Counted from the first letter of the stretch, positions 29,027 to 39,033 are shown. The stretch: 64,000 nucleotides of DNA from an uncultured Gammaproteobacteria bacterium (GCA_965230945.1 OZ246397.1:438284-502283), one strand, 5' to 3'. The notes: generated by a model not told the origin, from the letters alone. Program-made: numbers and translations.

Positions 29027-29592
29027 TTTTAATTATTGGTTTAGGCAATCCAGGTGAAAAATACCAAAACTCTCGTCATAATTTGGGCTTTATGGTTGTT
29101 GATGAATTGGCAAGAAAAATATTGCCATTGTCAAAAACAAAATGGGAGAAAAACCAAAAATTTAATTCACAATTCATAATTTTTAATTCACAATTTATCT
29201 TAATTAAACCCCAAACAATGATGAATGCTTCCGGTTTTGCCGTGGCAAAAATGGCTAATTTTTATCATATTGAGCCTGTCGAAATATGGGTTGTTCATGA
29301 TGATGTTGATTTGCCTTTAGGGAAGATTAAAATCCGTCAAGGCGGAGCGGCCGCTGGCCATCGTGGTGTCGAATCAATTATTAAACAATTAAGGACAGAC
29401 CAATTTGTCAGACTTAGATTAGGTATTGGTCATCCTGTGCGGGGAGGAGATAAACTGGTAGAAAGATTTGTTTTAGAAAAGTTTTCTGATCAGGAAAAAC
29501 ATGAGGTGAAAAGGATGATTAAAAAAGCCATTCAGGCTTTGGAAGTGGCTTTAAAAAAAGGTCTGTCCAAAGCGATGAATCAATTTAATTAA
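29023..29592 (+). CDS. pth: Peptidyl-tRNA hydrolase
   Basis: MILIIGLGNPGEKYQNSRHNLGF start. Contains an in-frame 21-nt tandem duplication (FNSQFII/FNSQFIL). Confidence 0.85.
   Translation: MILIIGLGNPGEKYQNSRHNLGFMVVDELARKILPLSKTKWEKNQKFNSQFIIFNSQFILIKPQTMMNASGFAVAKMANFYHIEPVEIWVVHDDVDLPLGKIKIRQGGAAAGHRGVESIIKQLRTDQFVRLRLGIGHPVRGGDKLVERFVLEKFSDQEKHEVKRMIKKAIQALEVALKKGLSKAMNQFN
29163..29204 (+). repeat. In-frame 21-nt tandem duplication within pth
   Basis: tttaattcacaattcataatt / tttaattcacaatttatctta; the first 15 nt are identical, encoding FNSQFII-FNSQFIL. Confidence 0.5.
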
Positions 29593-30746
29593 TGAAAATA
29601 AAGGCATCTTTTACACCAATTATTTTAACAACTGCTTTTAGAACAACGGCCTTTGGTTTTTTGGGTCTTTTTTCTCCTATTTATATTTTCCAAATTATTA
29701 TTGATATGACCGGGGGGACCTTAAAAATAGCCATTTTAGGCGTTTTGCTTTATATGTTGGTTTTTTATCTCATGAAGTTTATTACCTTTCCTTTAGCGGA
29801 GAACCTTTCTTATAAATTAGGTTTTAAAAATGTAGTTGCTCTTTCTGTTTTTCCTCTTTTTGTCTTCATTACCTGTTTAATATTGGCAGAGAGTAATTTA
29901 GCCTTTTTAATTTTAGCCGCTATTTTTGGTGGTATGCAAGCGGCTTTATTTTGGTTCGGCTATCATGGTTTATTTATTAAATGTGTTAGCGAACATTGTT
30001 TTGGTTTTCGGGAGGGAATTCGTAATAGTGTTGGTATCTTAACTTTGGTAATGACGCCTATTTTGGGAAGCATTTTGGTTTTGGCTTTGGGATTTAAGAG
30101 CTTGTTTTTAGTAGCGGCTTTGTTTTCTCTGCTTTCTGCTTTGGTAGTGCTTTTTTCACCTTCAGTTAAACCCTATCGTGACGTTAAATTTTTAAATGTT
30201 TTTAAGCTTTTTAGGAATAATTTAAGGCCTTTTGGAGCTTATGTTGGTTGGGGATGTGATTTTACCATTTTTGGTAGCGTTTGGCCGATCTTTTTGATTT
30301 TAATTTTGGGTGACATTTTAAGTTATGGGGGAGTAATTTCGGCGGGAATTTTACTTTCCTTTTTGATAACTTTGTTGATTGGCCGATGGGTAGATAAGGC
30401 CAAAAGCAAAGAAGTAATTTCCTGGGGAGTAGTTTTGGGAGCAGTTTCTTGGTTATTTAGGATGGTAGTTCGTTTACCTTTGTTTATTGTTGGTGTTGAT
30501 GCTTTTTACCGTATTAGTGAACAAATGTTAGCTATTCCTATGGATGTGGCCTCTTATAAAAAAGCCTTGCGTGGTTGGGTAAGTGATGCTTTGTACTTCA
30601 GAGAAATATCATTGAATATAGGTTCTATCCTGGCTTTAGTAGGAGCTATTGTTTTGATTTGGTTAGGCTTGCCGTTATGGTCGGCTTTCGGCATAGGCTT
30701 TTTAGGTACTTTGGCCCCTATTTTAGTAATCAAAGAGTTTAAATGA
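29592..30746 (+). CDS. polytopic membrane protein (possible MFS-type transporter)
   Basis: 384 aa with 10 or more hydrophobic segments; no diagnostic motif. Confidence 0.35.
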   Translation: MKIKASFTPIILTTAFRTTAFGFLGLFSPIYIFQIIIDMTGGTLKIAILGVLLYMLVFYLMKFITFPLAENLSYKLGFKNVVALSVFPLFVFITCLILAESNLAFLILAAIFGGMQAALFWFGYHGLFIKCVSEHCFGFREGIRNSVGILTLVMTPILGSILVLALGFKSLFLVAALFSLLSALVVLFSPSVKPYRDVKFLNVFKLFRNNLRPFGAYVGWGCDFTIFGSVWPIFLILILGDILSYGGVISAGILLSFLITLLIGRWVDKAKSKEVISWGVVLGAVSWLFRMVVRLPLFIVGVDAFYRISEQMLAIPMDVASYKKALRGWVSDALYFREISLNIGSILALVGAIVLIWLGLPLWSAFGIGFLGTLAPILVIKEFK

Positions 30747-31033
30747 TGAAAAAGAATAAGGATTTTCAATCTATTAAAGAAATTATTTCTAAGATTGACC
30801 TTGCGGAGGATAAATATATTAGCAGGGAGTTTCAGGACTATGGCTATCGTTTATCCGAAGAGCTAGATGATTTAGAACATAGGGCTTTGTATATCAAATT
30901 TGCTAAAGAATTGCCCAGAAAGATACTAGAAGAGGCGCGTAATTTTGTGAAAGATGCTAATAATGTTAAAAATCCAGCCAGATTGTTTATGTGGCGTTTG
31001 GCGCAGTTAAAGAAAGATATTGAAAAGAAATAA
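30743..31033 (+). CDS. hypothetical protein (96 aa)
   Basis: ORF only. Confidence 0.3.
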   Translation: MMKKNKDFQSIKEIISKIDLAEDKYISREFQDYGYRLSEELDDLEHRALYIKFAKELPRKILEEARNFVKDANNVKNPARLFMWRLAQLKKDIEKK

Positions 31034-31313
31034 ATTCAGCTATAAAGTTTATCAACTAGTGAGGAAAGTACCTCAAGAAAAGGTAATAACCTATGGTCAA
31101 ATTGCCCAAAGTTTAGGCAGACCTCAGGCAGCGCGAGCCGTAGGTAATATTTTACATACTAGTCCCTTTAGGGATGTTCCTTGTCATCGGGTAGTTAGCA
31201 AAACAGGTAAGTTAGCTTCAAATTATGCTTTCGGAGGTATTAAAGGTCAGCGAAGAAAGCTTCTAAAAGAGGGGGTTAGGTTTGCCGATAGGTATCAAGT
31301 AAAACTTGGTTAA
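31020..31313 (+). CDS. Methylated-DNA--protein-cysteine methyltransferase (MGMT/Ogt) DNA-binding domain protein
   Basis: YGQIAQ...PCHRVV active-site PCHR motif; 97 aa. Confidence 0.7.
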   Translation: MKRNKFSYKVYQLVRKVPQEKVITYGQIAQSLGRPQAARAVGNILHTSPFRDVPCHRVVSKTGKLASNYAFGGIKGQRRKLLKEGVRFADRYQVKLG

Positions 31314-31351
31314 GCTTTTTATTTATGATAGGCTGAATAAAGAAGTTTTTT

Positions 31352-31900
31352 ATGCCCAAGAAAGAGTTGTTTAACCGTCTTTTAATCACCTTAATCTGGC
31401 TGCTGGTTATTTCTTTGTTTCGCTGGCATTGGCACTGGCATTTAATTTGGCTTTGGCTAGGAAGTTTTTTGGGTATCTTCTTGATTGAGCTGGATCATTT
31501 TCTATATGTTTTATTGAGCAACCCCCACGAATTAACAGGTTTAAGAATTAAAAGATTACTAGAGCAAAGAAGCTTTAGAGAAATTTTGACTTTAGTTGTT
31601 GATACGCGTGGAGAAAGGGAAAGATTGGCTTTCCATAACGCCCTTTTTCAGGTAGTTTTGTATGCCCTTTGTTTTTTTACCATTAGTTCAACTAATAATC
31701 TTTTTGGTTCGGGCTTATTAATGGGCATGGCTTTGATTCTCCTTAGAGATGAGCTAGATGATTTATTAAAAGGTAAAGAAGGGAGACTTAGGAATTGGCT
31801 TTTTTGGCCCCTTAGACAGACAGTTTCTTTACCACAGCAAAGGCTTTTTATAATAGCTGTGGTGATTCTTTTTTTAGTTTTGAGTTTTCTTTTAGTTTAG
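31352..31900 (+). CDS. hypothetical membrane protein (182 aa)
   Basis: ORF with hydrophobic segments. Confidence 0.35.
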   Translation: MPKKELFNRLLITLIWLLVISLFRWHWHWHLIWLWLGSFLGIFLIELDHFLYVLLSNPHELTGLRIKRLLEQRSFREILTLVVDTRGERERLAFHNALFQVVLYALCFFTISSTNNLFGSGLLMGMALILLRDELDDLLKGKEGRLRNWLFWPLRQTVSLPQQRLFIIAVVILFLVLSFLLV

Positions 31901-31954
31901 TCTCTTTACGGTTAAAAATAATTAGGTTAAGATAAAAAGAAAGGAGGTGAAAGG

Positions 31955-32716
31955 ATGTTTGATTTAAATGGTAAAAAGGCTTTAGTGACCGGTGCTTCTC
32001 GCGGTATTGGTCGGGGAATTGCCCTTGCTTTAGCTAAACAAGGTGCCGATGTAGTCATTAATTTTCGTTCTAATAAAGAAGAGGCGGAGAAGGTAGCTGC
32101 CCAAATTAAAAAAATGGGACGGAATTCTTTTTCGGTTCAGGCGGATGTTTCCAGTGTTGATGATGTTATTCGGATGTTTAAGGAAATTAAAAAACAATGG
32201 GGAAAGCTTGATATTTTGGTCAATAATGCTGGAATTGCCCAATTTAAGCCTTTTATGGAGTTAACAGAGGAAGATTGGGATAAAACTTTGGCCGTCAATC
32301 TTAAAGGACAGTTCCTTTGTGCTCGCGAGGCAGTTAAAATAATGAAGGACCATGGAGGAAAGATTGTTAATATTTCCTCGGTTGCCTCCGGTCAAGCGGG
32401 AATAGGAGGGGTAAGGATTGCCCATTATGTTGCTTCAAAAGGAGGAGTAGCCGCCTTAACAGAGGCCTTAGCGGTAGAGTTAGCTCCTTATAAAATTAAT
32501 GTTAATGCTATTGGTCCAGGCTTTATTGATACCGACATGACTAAAGATTTGATTTCTGATCCCAAAGCAAGACAGGGGCTTTTAGCTCGAATTCCCTTGG
32601 GTAGGTTTGGGAAGCCGGCTGATATTGGCGCAGTAGCGGCCTTTTTGGCCAGTGATGAAGCAGACTATATCACTGGGGCTCTTTTGTTTGTTGATGGAGG
32701 CTGGCTTGCCGGTTAG
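31955..32716 (+). CDS. Short-chain dehydrogenase/reductase, 3-oxoacyl-ACP reductase (FabG)-like
   Basis: TGASRGIGRGIA Rossmann motif, NNAG, and the YxxxK catalytic dyad (YVASKGG). Confidence 0.8.
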   Translation: MFDLNGKKALVTGASRGIGRGIALALAKQGADVVINFRSNKEEAEKVAAQIKKMGRNSFSVQADVSSVDDVIRMFKEIKKQWGKLDILVNNAGIAQFKPFMELTEEDWDKTLAVNLKGQFLCAREAVKIMKDHGGKIVNISSVASGQAGIGGVRIAHYVASKGGVAALTEALAVELAPYKINVNAIGPGFIDTDMTKDLISDPKARQGLLARIPLGRFGKPADIGAVAAFLASDEADYITGALLFVDGGWLAG

Positions 32717-32725
32717 ATCCCGAAG

Positions 32726-33049
32726 GTGATGGAAGAATTAAATGATGGAAATTTTGAAGAAGAAGTTTTAAGGGCTGATTTGCCTGTTTTGGTTGATTTT
32801 TGGGCGCCTTGGTGCGGTCCCTGTAAGACGGCTGGTCCTATCATTAATGAATTGTCTGAGGAGTATAAGGGGAAGATAAAGGTGGGCAAAATGAACGTTG
32901 ATGAGAATCCTCAAACACCGCAAAAATATATGGTCATGAGTATTCCCACGATGATCCTTTTTAAAAGTGGCGAGGAAGTTAAAAGACAGGTTGGTTTTCC
33001 CGGCAAGGAAGGCTACATTAAGCTTTTAGAGGAGGTTTTAAAGGCTTAG
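32726..33049 (+). CDS. trxA: Thioredoxin
   Basis: WAPWCGPCK active site. Confidence 0.85.
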   Translation: MMEELNDGNFEEEVLRADLPVLVDFWAPWCGPCKTAGPIINELSEEYKGKIKVGKMNVDENPQTPQKYMVMSIPTMILFKSGEEVKRQVGFPGKEGYIKLLEEVLKA

Positions 33050-33050
33050 C

Positions 33051-33998
33051 ATGGAAAAGAAAATTTATGATCTAATCATTATTGGAACAGGTCCGGCCGG
33101 ATTAACGGCTTCCATTTATGCTTCTCGTTATCGTCTTAATCATTTAGTAATTGGCAGTCAAGAAGGAGGAGCTTTAAGCTGGGCAGCCAAGATAGAGAAT
33201 TATCCTGGCTTTAAAGAGATCTCTGGTTTGGATTTAACTAATAAAATGATGGATCAAGTTAAGAGTTTAGGAGCTGAAGTTTTGATTCAAGAAGTAATAG
33301 GGGTAGAAAGAAAAGATAGCGTTTTTGAGGTAAAAATTTCTGGCGAGCAAACATTTCAGGCTAAAACTTTGATTGTTGCCTCAGGCACAGAAAGAAGGAA
33401 ACTTAATGTTCCTGGTGAGAGTAAGTACGTGGGTCGCGGCGTTTCTTATTGTACTACTTGTGATGGCGCCTTTTTTAAAGGTAAGGTGGTGGCGGTGGTA
33501 GGTGGTTCTAATGCAGCTGCTATGGGAGCTTATTACCTATCAAGTATTGCCAGCAAGGTTTACCTTATTTATCGCCGCCAGCCGTTAAGAGCTGAACCTA
33601 TTTGGCAGGAGAGAATTCAGGGCGAATCTAAGATCGAAATTATTTATGAAACTAATGTGACGGAAATTTTAGGCGACGAGGATAAAGTTAATGGCGTTAA
33701 ATTGGACAAACCCTATCAAGGTAGCCAGCAACTTTCCTTAGAGGGAATTTTTATTGAAATTGGCGGTATTCCAGGTACAGAGTTGGTCAAGTCTCTAGGG
33801 GTGGAGTTAGATGAAGGGGGTTTTATTAAGGTCTCTTCAGCCATGGAGACTAATATTGAGGGTCTTTTTGCCGCTGGTGATGTCGCCAACGCTACCGGGG
33901 AATTTCATCAAATTGTTACCGCCACTGCCGAAGGAGCTTTAGCTGCTAATAATCTTTATAAATATTTGAAAAGAGGTAAAAATGAAAATCGTCATTGA
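33051..33998 (+). CDS. trxB: Thioredoxin-disulfide reductase
   Basis: FAD-binding IIGTGPAG, redox-active CTTCDG, NAD(P) motif GGSNAA. Confidence 0.85.
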   Translation: MEKKIYDLIIIGTGPAGLTASIYASRYRLNHLVIGSQEGGALSWAAKIENYPGFKEISGLDLTNKMMDQVKSLGAEVLIQEVIGVERKDSVFEVKISGEQTFQAKTLIVASGTERRKLNVPGESKYVGRGVSYCTTCDGAFFKGKVVAVVGGSNAAAMGAYYLSSIASKVYLIYRRQPLRAEPIWQERIQGESKIEIIYETNVTEILGDEDKVNGVKLDKPYQGSQQLSLEGIFIEIGGIPGTELVKSLGVELDEGGFIKVSSAMETNIEGLFAAGDVANATGEFHQIVTATAEGALAANNLYKYLKRGKNENRH

Positions 33999-34188
33999 TA
34001 AAGGTTTGTGTATTGGTTGTGGAACCTGTGTAACAATCGCTCCTAAAAGTTTTAAGTTAAACAATGAGGGTAAGGCGGAGGTGATTGAACCTCAGGAAGA
34101 TGGAGAGTCTAAGGTCAAGGAAGCTATTGACAGCTGTCCTGTTTCTGCGATAAAATCGACCGATCAGGATGAAAAAGATGAAAGATAA
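33982..34188 (+). CDS. Small [4Fe-4S] ferredoxin
   Basis: CIGCGTC...C and a distal CP motif; 68 aa. Confidence 0.55.
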   Translation: MKIVIDKGLCIGCGTCVTIAPKSFKLNNEGKAEVIEPQEDGESKVKEAIDSCPVSAIKSTDQDEKDER

Positions 34189-34894
34189 AGGATTTAACTT
34201 AACAACGATAATTTTAGTAGTTGCTTTAGTAGGAGCCGCTTTTTTTGTGGGTAAATATTCAGAACGGTCTAATACTCCTACTAAAGAGGTAGGAGAAGAA
34301 GGAGTTACCCAAGGAGAACAAGAAAGACAAGAAGAGCAAATTATTTTAGGAGAAGAAGAAATGAAACTTATTGCCCAAGGAGGGGCTGCCGCCAAAGGTA
34401 ATAAAGATGCTCCGATAACTATTGTCGAGTTTTCTGAGTATGAATGTCCATTTTGTAAGAGTTATGTAGATGATACTTATAAAAAAATTATGGATGAATA
34501 TGGAGATAAAATATATTATGTTTTTCGAGATTATCCTTTACCCTTTCATTCTCATGCTCAAAACCTAGCTGAAGCGGCCAGATGCGCTGGTGATCAAGAT
34601 AAATATTGGTCCATGCATGATTTGCTTTTTGCCAAAAGAGACGAGTGGGTGGAAAAGAAAGATATTACCAATAGCCTGGCGGTTTACGCTAAAGAACTGG
34701 GGCTAAATACACAAAAGTTTAATTCTTGTTTATCTTCAAATAAATATACTCAAGCGGTAAAAGATGATCTAGCCTTAGGAGAGAAGGTGGGTGTTGGTGG
34801 AACGCCGAGTTTCTTTATCAATGGCTTCATGTTGGTAGGAGCTCAACCTTTTGAAAACTTCAAGACAGTTATTAACGAACAGTTAAATCAATAA
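34169..34894 (+). CDS. DsbA-like thiol:disulfide oxidoreductase (membrane-anchored)
   Basis: N-terminal TM; CPFC thioredoxin-fold active site. Confidence 0.7.
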   Translation: MKKMKDKGFNLTTIILVVALVGAAFFVGKYSERSNTPTKEVGEEGVTQGEQERQEEQIILGEEEMKLIAQGGAAAKGNKDAPITIVEFSEYECPFCKSYVDDTYKKIMDEYGDKIYYVFRDYPLPFHSHAQNLAEAARCAGDQDKYWSMHDLLFAKRDEWVEKKDITNSLAVYAKELGLNTQKFNSCLSSNKYTQAVKDDLALGEKVGVGGTPSFFINGFMLVGAQPFENFKTVINEQLNQ

Positions 34895-34911
34895 TATTTC
34901 TCCATTAAAAA

Positions 34912-35610
34912 ATGCTTTTAGAATTGCTAAATAGTCAAGATCTGGGTTCTTTAGGACCAATTAATTTTTTAAAGCATGCTCTTTATTGGGCCGTAAATCA
35001 AGGTTTCCCTTTGGAATTATTAGTTTTAATTTTACTTTTACCCTTGGCTGTTTCCTTGGTAGTCTTGGTGAGATATCTTGTTGGTATCCAAGGTTTAGGT
35101 ATTTTTACTCCGGTAATGATGGCGGTGGCTTTTTTAAGTATTGGTCTTATTCCAGGTATTTTGCTGTTTTTAATTATTTTACTGATTGAAATTTTTGCTA
35201 TTTATCTTTTAAAACGGTTCAAAATTCATTTTTTGTCTAAAATGTCATTAGTTTTACTTATTATTTGTTTTTGTTTTTTTCCGCTTTTAGTTTTGTTTCA
35301 AAAGTTTAATTTTCAGGTATTATTTAATTCCTCATCAACTTCTATTTTAGTTTTAATTCTTTTGGGAGAAAACTTAGCCGAGGCTCAATTTAAAAAGCCG
35401 CCTAAAAAGATAACCATGGTTACAGCAGAAAACTTAGTTTTAGCGGCCTTATCTTTTGGGGTCTTAAACTCTTTCTTTTTGAAAAAAATGGTTATCTTTT
35501 ACCCAGAATTAATAGTTTTAATAGCCTTGTTTATCAACATTATAGTGGGTCGTTTTACTGGTTTACGTCTTTTAGAATATCGTCGTTTCAGAAGATTATT
35601 AAGGAAATAA
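34912..35610 (+). CDS. Polytopic (about 7TM) membrane protein, likely partner of the downstream ATP-grasp enzymes
   Basis: 232 aa made almost entirely of hydrophobic helices; 1-nt gap to the next gene. Confidence 0.4.
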   Translation: MLLELLNSQDLGSLGPINFLKHALYWAVNQGFPLELLVLILLLPLAVSLVVLVRYLVGIQGLGIFTPVMMAVAFLSIGLIPGILLFLIILLIEIFAIYLLKRFKIHFLSKMSLVLLIICFCFFPLLVLFQKFNFQVLFNSSSTSILVLILLGENLAEAQFKKPPKKITMVTAENLVLAALSFGVLNSFFLKKMVIFYPELIVLIALFINIIVGRFTGLRLLEYRRFRRLLRK

Positions 35611-36903
35611 ATGGCTAAAGCTTCTTCTATTCTAGGTCAAAACGCTCGTAATTATCTCTTTTTATCTTTGAACAAAAAAGAGGGCCGAAAAATTGCCAAT
35701 TCCAAGCTTTTAACGAAAAGAGTTTTAAAAAGGCATAATTTGCTAAGTCCGGCTGTTTTGGCTGTTTTTAGGACCGCTAAAAAGATTAATAATTTTGCCT
35801 GGGAAACTTTACCTGATAATTTTGTTTTAAAACCCTCAAAGGGATCTGGCGGAGAAGGAGTAGTTATTGTTAAAAAGAAGGCTAAATGGGCGGGGGAATG
35901 GTATTTAATGGATGGTTCCATTATTAATACTCAAGATTTAAAATTCCACGCTTTAGAAATTCTCTCTGGTAGATTTAGGCTTTATAATGTTCCTGGTGTA
36001 GCCTTTGTTGAGGAACGAATAAAGATTCAAAAAATTTTTAGCAGATATGTTTATCATGGAACGCCTGACATTAGAGTTTTGGTTTTTAATAAAGTTCCAG
36101 TGGCAGCTATGCTGCGTTTGCCAAGCAAAGAGTCTAAAGGTAAATCAAACCTTCATCAAGGAGCTATTGGAGCAGGTATTGATTTGGCTACTGGTATCAC
36201 TACCTTTGGCATTGTCAATGGCCTTTTTGTTAAATATATTCCCGAAACTAAAAGAAAGATTAATGGTCTAAAAGTCCCTCATTGGGATAGGATTCTAAAG
36301 CTGGCCGTAAAAGCTCAAGAAGTGGTTCCGTCTTTAGGCTTTTTGGGTGTTGATATCATTTTAGATAAGGAGAGAGGGCCAATGATTTTGGAGTTAAATG
36401 CCAGGCCTGGCTTAGAGATTCAGAATGCCAATTTATCTCCTTTAAAAAAGAGGTTGGAGAGGGTGGAAGGCTTAGAGGTAAAAGATGTTGATCATGGGGT
36501 TAAAATAGCCAAGGCTCTTTTTGCAGAAAGATTTGCTGATCGAGTTATGGCTGAAGAAGGGATAAAAATAGTTAATGTCTGGGAAAAGATAAAAGTTTTA
36601 TCTGAAGATAAGGAAAAGCATGAATTAAAAGCCAAAATTGATACTGGTGCTTGGCGGACATCAATTGATGAGGATTTAGCTGAAAGATTGGGCCTGCTTA
36701 CGCCAAGTAATATTTTATGGTCTAAGGTCTATAAAAGTGGTTTAGGCATACAGGAAAGAGAGGTTATTGGTCTAACTTTTTATTTAGCGGGCAGAAGAAT
36801 TAAGACTATTGCCAGTGTTGCCAAAAGGGCCGATTTAAGAGCCTCGATGATTATTGGCCGTCGAGACCTGAGAGACTTTTTAATTAAAGCCAGAAAGTTT
36901 TAA
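35611..36903 (+). CDS. ATP-grasp (alpha-L-glutamate-ligase-like) enzyme fused to a C-terminal retropepsin-like aspartyl protease domain
   Basis: N-terminal 300 aa are ATP-grasp-like (KPSKGSGGEGVVIV, ELNARPGLEIQN). The C-terminal 130 aa carry an aspartyl-protease motif KIDTGAW. Confidence 0.55.
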   Translation: MAKASSILGQNARNYLFLSLNKKEGRKIANSKLLTKRVLKRHNLLSPAVLAVFRTAKKINNFAWETLPDNFVLKPSKGSGGEGVVIVKKKAKWAGEWYLMDGSIINTQDLKFHALEILSGRFRLYNVPGVAFVEERIKIQKIFSRYVYHGTPDIRVLVFNKVPVAAMLRLPSKESKGKSNLHQGAIGAGIDLATGITTFGIVNGLFVKYIPETKRKINGLKVPHWDRILKLAVKAQEVVPSLGFLGVDIILDKERGPMILELNARPGLEIQNANLSPLKKRLERVEGLEVKDVDHGVKIAKALFAERFADRVMAEEGIKIVNVWEKIKVLSEDKEKHELKAKIDTGAWRTSIDEDLAERLGLLTPSNILWSKVYKSGLGIQEREVIGLTFYLAGRRIKTIASVAKRADLRASMIIGRRDLRDFLIKARKF

Positions 36904-36904
36904 A

Positions 36905-37828
36905 ATGGTTAAAATATTAATTCTCATTGGCGGTAGTGATCGCCCCATTAAACATTTTGCCCAAGTAGGGGAAAAGCTTGGCTGTCAGGTTAAGACGGCT
37001 TCTTTTAGTCGTTTGAACTATTCAACTTTAGATAAAGAATTTATCTTAAAAGTTGATGATACAGATATAGCTGATTTTGATATTGTTTATATCAGATTGG
37101 TAGGTAAACATTTTGAAGAGGTAGCTTTAGTTTCGCAATACGCTTATGAGAAAAATATTCCTTTGATCGACCGGATTTTTACCAAAAAGGGACTGACCCG
37201 TTTACCTATTCCCAAGTCAATTGAAGCTAAACTTTTGTTTCAAGCAGGTTTGTCGATACCTAGGACCTTTTTTGGTTCACTAAAACAAATAGAAAAAGAG
37301 GCACCTGAGCTTTTTGGTTTCCCCTTTGTTATTAAAAGCACCACCGGCAAACAAGGTCGTTCTGTTTGGTCACCAAGAAACGGCAAGGAATTGGAAAATT
37401 TGCTAATAGAACTTCGTAGATTGAAGAAAAGGAAAAGTAAGAGAGTTAGGGGTTCTTTTATTGCCCAGGAATTTGTCTGTGTCTCTCAAAGACATCGCTT
37501 GTTCGTTTTAGGTGGTAGGGTAGTTGGAGCCATAACCAGACCAACTCGCTGGCGAAAAAGATTTTTAGGTAAAGATGCTCCAGAAGGTAAAAGAGAAGCT
37601 TTGTTTGTTATTCCTAAAGAAGAAAAAGAAATGGCTTTACAAGCAACTTCTGCTTTAGGAGTAGATATTGCCGGAGTTGATCTTATTAGGGATGATAAGA
37701 CAGGCAAACTTTTTGTTTTGGAAGTTAATTCTGCTCCTCGTTGGGAATCAATTAGAAAAGACTGTCATCTGAATATTGAAGAGGAAATTATTAAGCTTTT
37801 AATCAAAAGAGCAAAAAAGAATAATTAG
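36905..37828 (+). CDS. RimK-like ATP-grasp ligase
   Basis: ATP-grasp layout with FVIKSTTGKQGRSV and LEVNSAP motifs; 307 aa; starts 2 nt after the previous stop. Confidence 0.65.
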   Translation: MVKILILIGGSDRPIKHFAQVGEKLGCQVKTASFSRLNYSTLDKEFILKVDDTDIADFDIVYIRLVGKHFEEVALVSQYAYEKNIPLIDRIFTKKGLTRLPIPKSIEAKLLFQAGLSIPRTFFGSLKQIEKEAPELFGFPFVIKSTTGKQGRSVWSPRNGKELENLLIELRRLKKRKSKRVRGSFIAQEFVCVSQRHRLFVLGGRVVGAITRPTRWRKRFLGKDAPEGKREALFVIPKEEKEMALQATSALGVDIAGVDLIRDDKTGKLFVLEVNSAPRWESIRKDCHLNIEEEIIKLLIKRAKKNN

Positions 37829-37870
37829 TCTTCTTTAATTTTCCTTTATAGAAATGATAAAATTCAATTC

Positions 37871-39004
37871 ATGAAGAAACTAAAAGTGGCTATTGCGATG
37901 AGCGGTGGTGTAGATTCAGGGGTGGCGGCAGCTCTTTTAGTTCGGCAAGGATACCAATGTGCTGGTTTCCATATGGAATTATGGAATGAGAGCCAAAAGC
38001 AGGGTTTTAGAAATAAGTGCTGTGATTCTGAATCATCAGAAACTGCTTTGAGAACTGCTCATAAATTAAAAATTCCTTTTTATACTCTTAATTTGCGTAA
38101 AACCTTTAAAAAAGAGATCGTTGATTACTTTTTACAATCTTACGCTAATGGTTTAACCCCAAACCCTTGTGTTAAATGTAATAAATTGATTAAATTTGGG
38201 GCTTTATTAGACTACGTACAAAAGAAAGGCTTTGATTATTTAGCTACCGGCCATTATGCGCGCATAAAAAAGTTAGGTAAAAGTTACCAGCTTTTAGCAG
38301 GTGTTGACAGTCAAAAAGACCAATCTTATTTTCTTTATAACTTAAAACAAAAACAACTTGGCCATATTTTATTCCCAATTGGTGACTACCATAAAAAGCA
38401 AGTAGTAACCATGGCCCAGAAATGGGATTTACCGGTGGCCAACAGGTCCGAATCTCAAGAGATCTGTTTTTTTCCAGAAAAAGATTATCGTCCTTTTTTA
38501 AAACGTCATTTATTAAAGGAAATTAAACCTGGAGAAACGGTTGATGTTAGGGGGAGAGTAATTGGTCGTCATTTTGGTTTGCCTCTCTATACGATTGGCC
38601 AGAGGCATGGTTTTACTATTTCTACTAAGCAAACACCTAATTTGGCCCCTTTTTATGTTATTGCCAAAAAAGTAGGAGCCAATCAATTGGTGGTTGGTTT
38701 TGGCAACCAGACAGAAAGAAAAGAATTTTTACTTAAAAATGTTAATGAGGTTAATACTATTAGATTTAAAAGGGGAATTTTTAAAACAAAGCTAAAGATT
38801 CGTTACCAAGGGGAACTACTAGAGGCAAAACTGCGTAAATATAGTAAAGAAGGTGATTTAGCTGTTCTATTGAAAGAAGCTGAAAGAGGTATTGCCTGTG
38901 GTCAATCGGCTGTCTTTTATGAAAAAGGAAAGGTTCTCGGCGGGGGAATAGTTGATATTGACAAAATGGATAAGAAATGTTTAAATGTTTCCAGTATGAC
39001 TTGA
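37871..39004 (+). CDS. mnmA: tRNA-specific 2-thiouridylase
   Basis: PP-loop SGGVDSGVAA, and conserved Cys residues; 377 aa. Confidence 0.85.
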   Translation: MKKLKVAIAMSGGVDSGVAAALLVRQGYQCAGFHMELWNESQKQGFRNKCCDSESSETALRTAHKLKIPFYTLNLRKTFKKEIVDYFLQSYANGLTPNPCVKCNKLIKFGALLDYVQKKGFDYLATGHYARIKKLGKSYQLLAGVDSQKDQSYFLYNLKQKQLGHILFPIGDYHKKQVVTMAQKWDLPVANRSESQEICFFPEKDYRPFLKRHLLKEIKPGETVDVRGRVIGRHFGLPLYTIGQRHGFTISTKQTPNLAPFYVIAKKVGANQLVVGFGNQTERKEFLLKNVNEVNTIRFKRGIFKTKLKIRYQGELLEAKLRKYSKEGDLAVLLKEAERGIACGQSAVFYEKGKVLGGGIVDIDKMDKKCLNVSSMT

Positions 39005-39033
39005 AACTAGCTAAGCTGTTGAAAGGCTTTTGA

